DNA of 37,922 nucleotides from an uncultured virus (IMG/VR IMGVR_UViG_3300042887_005646) (taxonomy: Duplodnaviria > Heunggongvirae > Uroviricota > Caudoviricetes): IMG/VR virus record IMGVR_UViG_3300042887_005646; one strand, given 5' to 3'. The notes below the pieces were generated by a model that saw only the letters and a list, made by a program, of their open reading frames with translations, did no database searches and was not told the DNA's origin. Position numbers and translations under genes: made by a program. Below, piece after piece: positions 15,074-24,922 of this stretch. Position 1 is the first letter of the stretch, and each line of letters begins with the position of its first letter.

Positions 15074-18000
15074 TTATTTTAGTCTCTCTAACTTTTTCAG
15101 GTATGCTGCCAGGTTCTCGGCGGCTTCTAGGTATGGCCTTCTAGATCTTGCGACCTGCGGCGGGATACGCCTCTTATAAAAAACCTCGCCTAAATTAATG
15201 TCGCCCGAGTTGATTGCGTAAAGCATATCCGCAATAGTGGCCACCTTGGTATTTTTACCGGATGCGGACTCTAGCTCGGTGCCAAGAACTCTAATTATGC
15301 CCTTATTGTCGCCCTCTTTAGCGCTTTCATTTAGCCGGTTAGAGATGTCTTTTATTTGAGAGGTTATAAGGCGTTTCTCCTCCATCATGTTGCTTATGGC
15401 GGCCTTAAGACGATCTTTTATATCCTTCACATTGTAAAAGATATACGTCCCATTATAGGTAGCTAATCCGCCGTAATACTCACGCGACAGCCCGGCTTGT
15501 TTTATATCGCCAGTCTTGAGCCTGTATACGTAATCTTCATCTATGTCTTCTGGGATGTTGCTTTCTGACAGATCCTGGCCCTCGCGCATAGCCTTACTGG
15601 CTTCCTCTGCCCCTAGCTTTTTGGCGGAAGTTGCAGACACCACTTCCAGTTTTTGCGTGGCTGATTCAATATCTTCCAGTAGCTCCATATAATAATCTGT
15701 GATGCTATTGTTAATGGTTTCTAACGTGTCATTGTCCTTTAAAATCTGGGCTGCCTTTTTGGGGGATTCCTCGAAGAAAGGCACTGTTAAAATCTGGGGT
15801 TTCTTTCTGGTCGACTCATCAAAGAAACGCACTCCACCTCTCGAACGTAAGTCCGAAGAGGGGGTATAGAGGCTATCTAAAATATGCTCGGCATAAGGCC
15901 TGCCTATTTTATAGAATACCCTTGTCGGCCCTGCAGATGCCGGAGGAGTTATAACCTCTCCGGCTTTTTTCTTGATGAGCTTTCCATCAACGAGATCTAC
16001 TTCGTCTTTAAACAGCTCTCTTATTTCGGCTTTTAAGTTTCTGGTGAACTCATCTTTTTCTTTCTCTACAGAGCGCTTCTTGGCCTCTATGTCTTTACCG
16101 GCAACATCTACGCGTTTCTCGTTTATGCATGCCTCCACTATATCCTCGATTGTGAGATATTCCTCAGAATCTAGCTCGCTGGGTGTGTAATATTTTTCAA
16201 ATATGAACCTGGCCATTTCCCCGTCTCTGGGGTTTTTGTAATATCGGCCGCTCTCCGACACATTGCGCTTAGCTACCTCAAGTTTCCTGAGTAGCTCTTT
16301 ATTAACTTCCTCGCCCGTCTCAGGCTCATCAATAACTGTACCCTGCTCCCTTGCCAGGTCGCTCATGGACTGCTCGTACTGTTTCTGAGCCTCGTAATCT
16401 ACTTCTTCGCGCCCTGACATTATTTCTGTCTCGCGCTCTCCCCCATCTGTAGCCTGGGTAAGCCGCTGCTGCTGAGGATCAACTATTTGGGCAGTCTCAT
16501 ACTTGGATATTGCCTTTTTTAAATTCTCTTTATTCCTGGCCTTCTCAGCATCAGTCGCGCCCCTGTAGGTATATCGATCCAGGATATCTCGCTTATTTCC
16601 CTCACTGTCTTGCTTAGAAAAAAGCTTAGGGTGCAGATCATTCTCTTTGTCACTTTCAAAAATAACATACCTCTTCAAAATGTCATAACACTCACTGGAA
16701 TAAGGAACGTATTCAGTGACGCCTCTGTCTGCGTTAAAATAAGACCTAAATTCGTGATCAAATCTCCTACCTTTTAGCGTTTTTTGCTTTATGTCTCTGG
16801 GGGCCACTTCTGGGGCCATAACAAAACTAGGGGCTTTTTTTCTAACAGTTAAGACCTGCTTTCCTGACGCTACGCCGCCTGTGAGCGCATATATATTCTC
16901 AGAGGCAATGCGGTCCAGCTCTTTAAGAATAGATTTATTTATATAGCCTATGATGGACGCTTTAGCTGGCTGCTTAGGGTCACTTGAGCCGTATTCAAAT
17001 CCGCCTTCTTTGCCAGTCGGAACATAATCCCCATCTTTATCTTTTCTATAAAGAGCGTGGGGTCGGACTTTAAGCGGGTGCTCACCATCTATGGACCAGT
17101 CCTCTCTGCCAGAGAGCGCCTCAATGGCCTGGCTGTAGCAAATCACCCAGACCGTGTCTGGGCTTTGAAGATCGCTTATCATCTTATATTTAGCTGCGCC
17201 CTTTATATTTTTACCGCCTTCGCCGGTAACCCCGGTAACCAGGGCGTATGTGTTTTTATATAGGTCCTCTATTACGTGCCTAACTATAAGACCGACAGCA
17301 AAGTTATATATGTTTGTGCCTGGCACAATTTTTTTGTTGCTGCTGAGTATTACTCTATCCATCAAAATACGGAGCGCGTCGTCTAGCTCTTCTCCTTTTT
17401 CGTCTATGGCCGGCTCATTTTCGGGCCTAGCGATAAGGAATCCGCCTACGCCCTCATATTTAGTAGCGGCCTCAGATACATATTGCTGCGACGCGGACCT
17501 GTATAGGTTGTTTATGTACTCTTCTATGTCTTTAACTTTTATGCCTACATACAAATTCCGATTTAGCTCGGTTTCGCCCGAACCATATCTCAGAACGCGC
17601 CATAAGCCAGGCGTGACTAGGTCATAAGTGACTATGCTAATGAGCTCTTTAGCGTCCTCAAACAGCGTAGGGATTGCCTTAACTAAATATTTTTGAGGAT
17701 CTGAGTCACTGGGCAAGGCCTCTAAAGGCAGTAATCTCACATCTATAAACTCGCTGCTATCTCGGTCTTCGCTCGGTATTTCTATTAATTTGCGGTAATC
17801 AGAGAGATTATTCTCAACTGGAATATAAAAAGGAGACGTGACGCTTATTGTGACCTTGAGTCGACTAATTTTATCTTTAACTCTGGCGGACGACTGTTCG
17901 TAAAGACTTTCTATGTTCTGTATAGCCGGCGCTATCGGGTCATTGCCAAAGCTGGATTTGCACACCTCTGCATACTCTTTAAGCTTATCTTTTGTAAGGC

Positions 18001-20938
18001 CGCATAATTTAACTATTAAAACATAAGCATCTTTTGTCTTTTGCTCTAAATCTCTAGTTATTTTTTGATCTGCTATATTTGCAGTTTTTCTAGAGCCGGA
18101 TGGGAGAGCTAATAAGTAGCTATATAAGTTGTCTATGCCGGATTCCAGAGGCGGAGTAAACTTTATATCTTTACAGAAATCTGCAAGCTTTTCGAGCTTA
18201 GTGTCATCGCTGTAGTCTTCTCTATCAATAGTCCTAAAGAGCTCGAGATAGGCAGCTTTATCGGAGCTAGATATGATAGCAGCTGGATAAAACCCGGCCG
18301 CAGCTCGGTTAACTAAACGAGCTATATCCTGGCCCACTGCGTTGCCCGGGGTCATGCTTTTTCTCAGCGTCTCGCATATAAATTTGAGCTCGTTAGCTGC
18401 CAAATAGGGCAGGTATATATCCAATATCTCATTTATATTGCTAACAATCTCTAAAGATTCTACTGAAAGTCTTCTTCTTTCGCCGAGATCGTACGACTCA
18501 GCTTTAAATCTCTCAAGGTCTATTTCTAATAATTCCTTAGAGTTATCAAAGAGTTTAGGTATTTTTTCAATAATATATCCTATCTGCTGCATGTATCTTA
18601 GCCGATAGGAGGAATATCCGGCTTGCTTGCCCGATTCCGTTAAATCCGAAGGCGCCTCAGAGCCTTTATCGACCTCAGACGCTAAGACTATACCTTCGCC
18701 GCCTGATTTAAGCCGGACGCTTTCCGGTAGGCTTCGCTGGGTAAGTTCCGTGGCCAACCGCGTCCGAGCGTCCTCATCATAGGCGGGTTTATTGTCAGCC
18801 TCTTTTTCTTCGTCCTCGGATATTAAACCAATATAACTAAGATCGCCTTTCCTAAGTAGCGCAGCCTTTTCTCCGTAGACATAAGTTATAGGTAATATCT
18901 CTTTTATGTCGTCGATTGATTCGACGGGCTTCAATGCTATAATGTCGTAAAAATCGCTAGGGATGCGCTCTTTACCCGCCTGCGATTTAGGGGCATAGCT
19001 TAAGCTGCTGTACTGGGTTACATTTTTATATATTTCTGTGATCAGATTGTAGCGCTTAGTGTTATTTCTCTCACGGAGAATAGTGTTTATGTCGCTGCCG
19101 CTAAAGCCAAGCCCTGACTCTTCTAGTTTATACTTAACCAGGGCGTCATCAGAAATATCTATATCTTTTCCTTCTTTGTCTTTTAGTACTTCTTTTATCA
19201 ATTTCTCATAGTCTGTTTCTGCTTTTTTAGCGTACACGCCTGCATCAGCTTTAGCGTTTACATACTTAACGGCGTACTCTAATGCCGCTGTATATAAGTC
19301 CCTCTGTCGTTCACTGAGGATTTCTTCCCTCTCCTCTATCTGACCCAATTTTAGCTTTTTTATCTCGGCCTCCACTTCGGCCACCCTCTCCATCAATATC
19401 TCCTCTCTGTTGACGAGGTTAGATAATTTAGCTGCCGTAGTTTTTTCGACTTCAGCTTCGCGACGCCGGCTATCTCTGAAGTTTTCTATATCTGTATATA
19501 AATTATAGTAAACTGCCCCGGCTTCAGAGGCAAAAGATAGCGTCTCTTTAAGTTCAGAAAGAGGCTGCGAGTATATTATAGAATTAAAGATGGCCTCAAG
19601 CTCTGCCTTTTTTCCCTCTAACTTTTTATCTAGCAGATTTATTAACTTTTTATCTAGCGGGTTTATGCTGATTAGCTTTTCTTCTATGAGGGCTGTTCTC
19701 TGCGCATCTAAAGCTTTTATTAATTCTTTAGTAGCAGCAATACTTTCCGCCAGTGTCCCATCGTCACCAATATAATCGTAAACAGCCTCAGGTAAATTCC
19801 CATAGTCAGAGAGGCTATTTATAAGACTGTCTTTTAAATTGTTAAATTTTTTAACAATTTCCTTGGTGCCTCTGCCGGAATAGATATCTTTCCGGAGGTT
19901 TTTTACCCTCTCTATGGTATCTGCATTTTCTTCTAAAAATGCGGAAAGCTCCGGGTATTGTCCTCCAAATAATATATCGTCAATTATATCAAAGAGAGCG
20001 GCCTGCGCCGCGGCCTCGGAGGCCCTCCTGTCATCTATCTCTTTAATCTCTTGAGATAGCTGTTTATAGACGTTTTTTATCTCAGATCTAAGTTCGTCTA
20101 TCTCTCCGGCCAGGATGTTCACGAGCTGGAATTTTCCAGATCTCTGAATGCTATCCCTTAATATTCTTTCCGATTGGGACGCTTTAACCGTCTTTAAAGC
20201 GATTTTACCGGCTGTCTTTTGTTCTCTGACTTCTCTTAGGTCTCTTTGTAGATCTTTAAGCCGACTAAAGAGTGGGTCTAGGGTATTTAATTCGTCTCGC
20301 TTCTCGCGCGCAGCAGATACCTCTAACTTACGTTTTTGGTCTCTGTTAATTTTTTTAGCGTCCTCGGCAAACGCGCTTATGTATTCCTCGCCGGGCTCTA
20401 CCGTTCTCTCGGAGACAGCTATTTCGTATCCAGAGATGGCACTATTAAGCAGTTTCTCCGCCATAGGGGACTCTGCCATAGTCAATAAATCTTTAGCCTT
20501 CTCTCTAACAAACGCGACACTCTTGTCGCTTTGATTTTTTAGCCCCCCGATTATCTGATAAAAAATAGGGTCCCTTCGGCCCATATCTACGGATCTAGTC
20601 GGGAACGCTCCTGCGGGGACGACAGCAATAGCCTCTTCTGTAGTAGCTGACGGCGATAGTCTATTTTCTAGAGCCCTTTGCCCCCCTAGTAGCGTTAACT
20701 CGCCAGCTCTTCTTTTGGCGATGTCTTCTACTTCCTTCCGTCTTCTCGAGAGCTCAAGCCTCTTTAGGGCCTCTTCAAGGGTTTCTATTTCACCAATCTG
20801 GGGGGTTTCTATCTCCTCCATCTGTGGGGTTTCTATCTCCTCCATCTGTGGGGTCTCGCCCGTTGAAGAGGAGTCGTCATCTTCCGGATTAGGGTGTCTG
20901 TCGAAGATATATTTGCTGTATTTATTGTATTTGCGCAT
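15074..20938 (-). CDS. Large, mostly helical/coiled-coil protein (1954 aa)
   Basis: Uninterrupted 5.9-kb ORF, E/K-rich. N-terminus MRKYNKYSKYIFDRHPNP is followed by ETPQMEEI repeats. Confidence 0.9.
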   Translation of the reverse strand: MRKYNKYSKYIFDRHPNPEDDDSSSTGETPQMEEIETPQMEEIETPQIGEIETLEEALKRLELSRRRKEVEDIAKRRAGELTLLGGQRALENRLSPSATTEEAIAVVPAGAFPTRSVDMGRRDPIFYQIIGGLKNQSDKSVAFVREKAKDLLTMAESPMAEKLLNSAISGYEIAVSERTVEPGEEYISAFAEDAKKINRDQKRKLEVSAAREKRDELNTLDPLFSRLKDLQRDLREVREQKTAGKIALKTVKASQSERILRDSIQRSGKFQLVNILAGEIDELRSEIKNVYKQLSQEIKEIDDRRASEAAAQAALFDIIDDILFGGQYPELSAFLEENADTIERVKNLRKDIYSGRGTKEIVKKFNNLKDSLINSLSDYGNLPEAVYDYIGDDGTLAESIAATKELIKALDAQRTALIEEKLISINPLDKKLINLLDKKLEGKKAELEAIFNSIIYSQPLSELKETLSFASEAGAVYYNLYTDIENFRDSRRREAEVEKTTAAKLSNLVNREEILMERVAEVEAEIKKLKLGQIEEREEILSERQRDLYTAALEYAVKYVNAKADAGVYAKKAETDYEKLIKEVLKDKEGKDIDISDDALVKYKLEESGLGFSGSDINTILRERNNTKRYNLITEIYKNVTQYSSLSYAPKSQAGKERIPSDFYDIIALKPVESIDDIKEILPITYVYGEKAALLRKGDLSYIGLISEDEEKEADNKPAYDEDARTRLATELTQRSLPESVRLKSGGEGIVLASEVDKGSEAPSDLTESGKQAGYSSYRLRYMQQIGYIIEKIPKLFDNSKELLEIDLERFKAESYDLGERRRLSVESLEIVSNINEILDIYLPYLAANELKFICETLRKSMTPGNAVGQDIARLVNRAAAGFYPAAIISSSDKAAYLELFRTIDREDYSDDTKLEKLADFCKDIKFTPPLESGIDNLYSYLLALPSGSRKTANIADQKITRDLEQKTKDAYVLIVKLCGLTKDKLKEYAEVCKSSFGNDPIAPAIQNIESLYEQSSARVKDKISRLKVTISVTSPFYIPVENNLSDYRKLIEIPSEDRDSSEFIDVRLLPLEALPSDSDPQKYLVKAIPTLFEDAKELISIVTYDLVTPGLWRVLRYGSGETELNRNLYVGIKVKDIEEYINNLYRSASQQYVSEAATKYEGVGGFLIARPENEPAIDEKGEELDDALRILMDRVILSSNKKIVPGTNIYNFAVGLIVRHVIEDLYKNTYALVTGVTGEGGKNIKGAAKYKMISDLQSPDTVWVICYSQAIEALSGREDWSIDGEHPLKVRPHALYRKDKDGDYVPTGKEGGFEYGSSDPKQPAKASIIGYINKSILKELDRIASENIYALTGGVASGKQVLTVRKKAPSFVMAPEVAPRDIKQKTLKGRRFDHEFRSYFNADRGVTEYVPYSSECYDILKRYVIFESDKENDLHPKLFSKQDSEGNKRDILDRYTYRGATDAEKARNKENLKKAISKYETAQIVDPQQQRLTQATDGGERETEIMSGREEVDYEAQKQYEQSMSDLAREQGTVIDEPETGEEVNKELLRKLEVAKRNVSESGRYYKNPRDGEMARFIFEKYYTPSELDSEEYLTIEDIVEACINEKRVDVAGKDIEAKKRSVEKEKDEFTRNLKAEIRELFKDEVDLVDGKLIKKKAGEVITPPASAGPTRVFYKIGRPYAEHILDSLYTPSSDLRSRGGVRFFDESTRKKPQILTVPFFEESPKKAAQILKDNDTLETINNSITDYYMELLEDIESATQKLEVVSATSAKKLGAEEASKAMREGQDLSESNIPEDIDEDYVYRLKTGDIKQAGLSREYYGGLATYNGTYIFYNVKDIKDRLKAAISNMMEEKRLITSQIKDISNRLNESAKEGDNKGIIRVLGTELESASGKNTKVATIADMLYAINSGDINLGEVFYKRRIPPQVARSRRPYLEAAENLAAYLKKLERLK
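20781..20858. repeat. Coding tandem repeat, about 3 x 24 bp, encoding ETPQ(M/I)(E/G)EI
   Basis: Visible in both DNA and translation. Confidence 0.85.
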
Positions 20939-21772
20939 TTAAATCTTCCGTCCAGCCACGCTGCTAGCAACATTATCGCTGTCTTCGAGAAAAGTAAACC
21001 TGGACTTGCGTCTCCTTCCCTCTTCAGCCTTCTCAGTCTTCTTTGCTTCCCTGGACCTTTCTCTCTCCTCTTTAACCAGCTGCTTGCGGGCTTTTTCCGC
21101 GGCCACCTCGGCTGCTTTCTTAGCGCTTCGTTTGCTGACCCACTTCTTGCCGGTGCCTTTGTAGCTGCCCGGCATGGCATCAGGATCTAGCTCCGATATG
21201 TGGTTTTTCTCTAGGTGCTTAGCCAAGTTAAACTTGCTAACGCCGTATAAAACTGCGCCCAGTGAGTTTCCGGCGGGCTCATATTTAGTCCTATAAACCG
21301 TGTCTGCAAAAGTCGCCTTCACCGGGTCGAACTTCTTCTTAACTACGGGTTTAGTTCTATCTCTGGCCTCAGCTATCGTTTTAACTACTGACTGAGTGCC
21401 AATCTTGGCCATGATAGCGTCGCCCGCGGGGGCTACGCCCTCCCTATATTTATCCAAGGCGTGGCTGAGGTGATTGCGAACAACGCTAACCTCTCTGTAA
21501 TCCCCGCCATTATCGCGCATAAGATCCAGTATCTCTATTGCCGCCTCAGCCGCTTTGGCTGGATTCTCCTGCCTAACAGCCTCACGAAACACCGGGACTA
21601 GTTTCTCGAGACGGTCACTCTTGGTGATCGTGATAAACTTGGGCATGCGCCCTTTCCCCCCGGGGTTCGAGGGGGTCCGGGTGCCTGGGTTTGAGACGCG
21701 CGGCTGCGGCTCAAGCTCGGACTCGGCCTGATTTATCGCCGGCCAGGTAATAGCTAAGAGATCCTTCTCCAT
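20939..21772 (-). CDS. Basic hypothetical protein (277 aa) with RxxNP motifs
   Basis: AGGTGG RBS; RVSNPGTRTPSNPG near the N-terminus; Lys-rich C-terminus. Confidence 0.85.
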   Translation of the reverse strand: MEKDLLAITWPAINQAESELEPQPRVSNPGTRTPSNPGGKGRMPKFITITKSDRLEKLVPVFREAVRQENPAKAAEAAIEILDLMRDNGGDYREVSVVRNHLSHALDKYREGVAPAGDAIMAKIGTQSVVKTIAEARDRTKPVVKKKFDPVKATFADTVYRTKYEPAGNSLGAVLYGVSKFNLAKHLEKNHISELDPDAMPGSYKGTGKKWVSKRSAKKAAEVAAEKARKQLVKEERERSREAKKTEKAEEGRRRKSRFTFLEDSDNVASSVAGRKI

Positions 21773-21800
21773 ATTAAACCACCTAGTCTATGCTTAGGGA

Positions 21801-24800
21801 TTAATCAAAGTCAGAGTCGTAGTATTTTCTGGCTCTAGAGGCGGTCGAATAGCCCGGGTTACTGTGTCTATCGTAAGACGGTCTATCGTAAGACGGTCTA
21901 TTGTAAGAGTGTCTTCCGTATCCGACCTGTTGATGTCCGCGAGGGTGACGGCCCGGATTAGGTGTCCGGGCTCGGCCATAGATTAGCTCTCCTAGATTAC
22001 CCTGGTCAGAGTCAATATTGTATAGCAGGTCCGCGAGGGTTCTATCTCCGACTATGCTGGGCGATCCGATGTTCAGCGTGAGGTCCGAGGGTTTAAGCCT
22101 GTCATTGTTGGATTGAGCTGTGAGGTTCTTCGAAAGCGCAAAGGCCTGGGCAGCAAGGTCGTTATTGCCTGCGGCCTCAGCAATCTCAAGAATGCTGTTA
22201 ACTAAATCGGCGGCTGCCTTGGCCGTTTCCTGCAAAGACTCAGCGCCATCCATGTCCGCTTTACTGCTCCTGAGAGAGTCCAGATCGTCAGAGGTCAGAG
22301 ATAAATTAGTGTATTTAGCCGAAGGGCGTTGGCGCTCTGGTTCGGCTTGAGTGGTGGAGGCCTCTGCAGCACCCTCAAACTCACTGTAATCTGGGGTTTG
22401 AGCCGCGCTATCGCTCGATTCATTGATGCTTTCAATCAGCTCACCGATGGTAGATCCCGTGATTTTCTTAATCAGGTCATTAAGCAAGGCCACATCTTTG
22501 TTAATCAATGAAAGGTCTTTTTTGCTAAGTTCATTTATAATGTAAAAGTCCTTACCGGACGCGGCTATCTTGTCACCATGTCTATACGCGGCCTTAAATC
22601 TCTTCTCGACTATCGTAGGTATCGGGAATTTTAAGTAGTTCTTTAAGTAGGGCAGGAGATCAGAGTATAAGCCAATAAAGGCTAGGTCGTCGTCCGCCCC
22701 ATTTTTGATTATTATTTCCTTAACCTCCCCCAAATCGCTTTCGCTAATGGCTCCAGTTATGCTTCTCTTAATGTTCTCTATCTCTATGTCGGAGATTTCG
22801 CCTTCCGGAAGAATAGATTTAGGCTCTGCCGCAGAAGGTTTGGGGGCCTCAGAGGGCGGCGCCTTTGCGGCCGACGACACATCTATATCTAACTTAGTTT
22901 CGGTAGGCTTATAATCAAAAAGGTCGCCACTGGTCTGCTCTTCTTTAGGCTCGGGCTTCTCTTCTTTTTTAGCGGCCGGTCTTCTCGACGAGCTTCTAGC
23001 GGGTGGCGTGGCGTTGTCGGCAGGTCTTGCCGACGTGGAGACTGCGCCTTCAGCAAGCGCCTGCTCAATTGTTACCTTTCCACTTCTGACATCGGCCTCC
23101 CTCTGAAGATCTTCCTCCGACATATCTCTTACCTGAATCTCTGTGATCAGGTTGTTGTTTTTAAGCCGATTTAGGGAGTCCTTAAGTGAGCCTAGGGAAG
23201 AGATGATAAACGCCTGGCTCTTTTTGCCGTGGTTAAGGAGTTTAAGTATTTTCCCCTGGGCAGGAGCTTTCTTTTCCCACCGAGCTTCGTCGGTCAAAGC
23301 ACGCATACCGTCGGGAGTTATCGACCAGGCTATCTGATCTTCTTTGGCCGGGCTAAGGTTATTCTCTTCGCCGCCAGCTGTGCCGGACTCACCAAAAAGG
23401 CTAGAGTAGTCTTTCTCAGGCTCGGCCTCTCCGCCCTCTTCTGGCGGTTTAGGCGCCACTTTGGCTGCTGAGCTGGCTGTGCGCTTTGCCTCACGCTCGG
23501 CTTTGCGCTTTTGCTGTGCCTGGAAGGCAATAAAGGCTGAGCGTGTAGATTCGGTAAAGGGATTAAAAGAAGCATCTTCAGACCTAGTCTTAATATCCTT
23601 AAGCTCCTCGTACCTGTCGTAATCGCGGCTCCCCGGCTTTTCCCCTTCGCAAACAGGGCAGAAGAGGCGGAGATACTGAAGAATCTCGAAGACCTTGTTC
23701 CAGTGCGCGATTGACTGCGCGGCCTCGAACTCGTTTATCTTCTTCTCCGCGAGCTCAGCGCGCACCGCTACGATTTTTTTATGTACAAGCGCCATGCTCC
23801 CGACAAAATCGCCCGTGGCCACGGCTTTTCTAATAGTATTGGCCGCGGCTTTTACGCCGTTCTTTCTTTCTTGAACTTTACGGGCTAAGTCTTTGTTCTC
23901 CGCGGGCTTTCGCATAGCCTCGTTGTATTTGCCCGAGATAAGACGAGGGGAAATGTCTTTAGGCGAGTACTCCGCCATAAACTTTCCGAAGATCTGCGCC
24001 GCGTCTGAGATTTTAGGATAGACCGTGATCTTCTCGCTGGCCTGAACCTTTTGGAGCTCTTTCATCTTGGCTACGCGGTTCTTGCCTTTACCTACGGCAA
24101 TACCGATGCTCTTGGGGAGTTTAAGATAGGCGTCGGCGTCCATTACCTCGGTATTTACCGTAGATCCTGCCGGCGGCGGCTCGTTTGTGGGAGTTGCGGG
24201 GTTATTCGCGCGATCGTCGAAATAATCTTCGTCGTCTTCGTCGTCTTCGTCGTCTTCATCGCCGTCGTCTTCGTCTTCGTCAGTGTCCTCGGAGTAAAAT
24301 TTGAGCTCTTGCTCAATCGCACCCTCGTAAAACTCCGAATCCCAGTCGTCGTCTTCGTCGTCTTCGTCGTCTTCGTCGTCTTCGTCTTCGTCGTCGTCTT
24401 CGTCGTCTTCGTCGGCTTCATAGAAAGCCCTTTCGTCCTCGTCCTCGTCCTCGTCATCCTCATCGTCCTCGTCTTCGTCTTCTTCCTCGTCCTCTTCGTC
24501 TTCATCGAGGTTTTCTTCGGCCGCCGCGCCCACAGGCGCAGAAAGGTTAGCCCGGCGGGCCGTAGGCTTAATGTGATCGTCTTCGATCTCGGTCGTTTCG
24601 ATGACCTCGTACCCGCCTGCTACAGTCTTTGCCGCAATGATATAAGCGCCTACAGGCAGAGAGTCTTCCTTGAGGTCCGTTATCTCGGCGGCAAGCTGCT
24701 TTGCTGCCTCGGGGAAGCTAGAGAACACGGGCGCAAGAACCTGAATAACGGCACCAGGCTTAAAGAAATAGCCTGCGTCCTGTTCCGGATAAAAGTGAGC

Positions 24801-24818
24801 GATGTATACTTTAGCCAT
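21801..24818 (-). CDS. 1005-aa protein with long Asp/Glu tract, CPVC motif, possible winged helix and RxxNP/RPSY tail
   Basis: Long ORF. The acidic tract ends at RANNP; the tail is RTPNPGRH...RPSYDRPSYDRHSNPGY. Confidence 0.9.
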   Translation of the reverse strand: MAKVYIAHFYPEQDAGYFFKPGAVIQVLAPVFSSFPEAAKQLAAEITDLKEDSLPVGAYIIAAKTVAGGYEVIETTEIEDDHIKPTARRANLSAPVGAAAEENLDEDEEDEEEDEDEDDEDDEDEDEDERAFYEADEDDEDDDEDEDDEDDEDDEDDDWDSEFYEGAIEQELKFYSEDTDEDEDDGDEDDEDDEDDEDYFDDRANNPATPTNEPPPAGSTVNTEVMDADAYLKLPKSIGIAVGKGKNRVAKMKELQKVQASEKITVYPKISDAAQIFGKFMAEYSPKDISPRLISGKYNEAMRKPAENKDLARKVQERKNGVKAAANTIRKAVATGDFVGSMALVHKKIVAVRAELAEKKINEFEAAQSIAHWNKVFEILQYLRLFCPVCEGEKPGSRDYDRYEELKDIKTRSEDASFNPFTESTRSAFIAFQAQQKRKAEREAKRTASSAAKVAPKPPEEGGEAEPEKDYSSLFGESGTAGGEENNLSPAKEDQIAWSITPDGMRALTDEARWEKKAPAQGKILKLLNHGKKSQAFIISSLGSLKDSLNRLKNNNLITEIQVRDMSEEDLQREADVRSGKVTIEQALAEGAVSTSARPADNATPPARSSSRRPAAKKEEKPEPKEEQTSGDLFDYKPTETKLDIDVSSAAKAPPSEAPKPSAAEPKSILPEGEISDIEIENIKRSITGAISESDLGEVKEIIIKNGADDDLAFIGLYSDLLPYLKNYLKFPIPTIVEKRFKAAYRHGDKIAASGKDFYIINELSKKDLSLINKDVALLNDLIKKITGSTIGELIESINESSDSAAQTPDYSEFEGAAEASTTQAEPERQRPSAKYTNLSLTSDDLDSLRSSKADMDGAESLQETAKAAADLVNSILEIAEAAGNNDLAAQAFALSKNLTAQSNNDRLKPSDLTLNIGSPSIVGDRTLADLLYNIDSDQGNLGELIYGRARTPNPGRHPRGHQQVGYGRHSYNRPSYDRPSYDRHSNPGYSTASRARKYYDSDFD
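21866..21909. repeat. Coding tandem repeat, about 3 x 15 bp (GTCTATCGTAAGACG), encoding (R)PSYDR-like units
   Basis: Two perfect copies and one degenerate copy. Confidence 0.9.
24223..24510. repeat. Low-complexity (TCG/TCT/TCC)n tract encoding poly-Asp/Glu on the minus strand
   Basis: TCGTCGTCT-type repeats; the translation shows three D/E blocks separated by FYE/FYS motifs. Confidence 0.9.
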
Positions 24819-24851
24819 GGTTTCCCGGTGCAGTATGTTTGTCTGTAATGT

Positions 24852-24879
24852 ATTGTAGCGCCCGATGTGAGTTAAGCAA
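24852..24879 (-). promoter_or_regulatory. Putative promoter of the 1005-aa gene
   Basis: Minus strand TTGCTT-16 nt-TACAAT with an upstream TATTTTTAAA tract. Confidence 0.55.
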
Positions 24880-24922
24880 GAAGTCGGTTTAAAAATAGGC
24901 TGACTGCGCTGCCGTAAAGAGT

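Noticed and set aside
15074..20938. 1954-aa or 2875-aa protein as tape-measure, SMC or RNA polymerase
   Set aside because: No Walker A or SMC signature, no DxDGD motif, and no tail-gene context seen.
24051..24848. 265-aa plus-strand ORF rich in F/V that looks like a membrane protein
   Set aside because: Antisense reading of the Asp/Glu tract of the 1005-aa gene.
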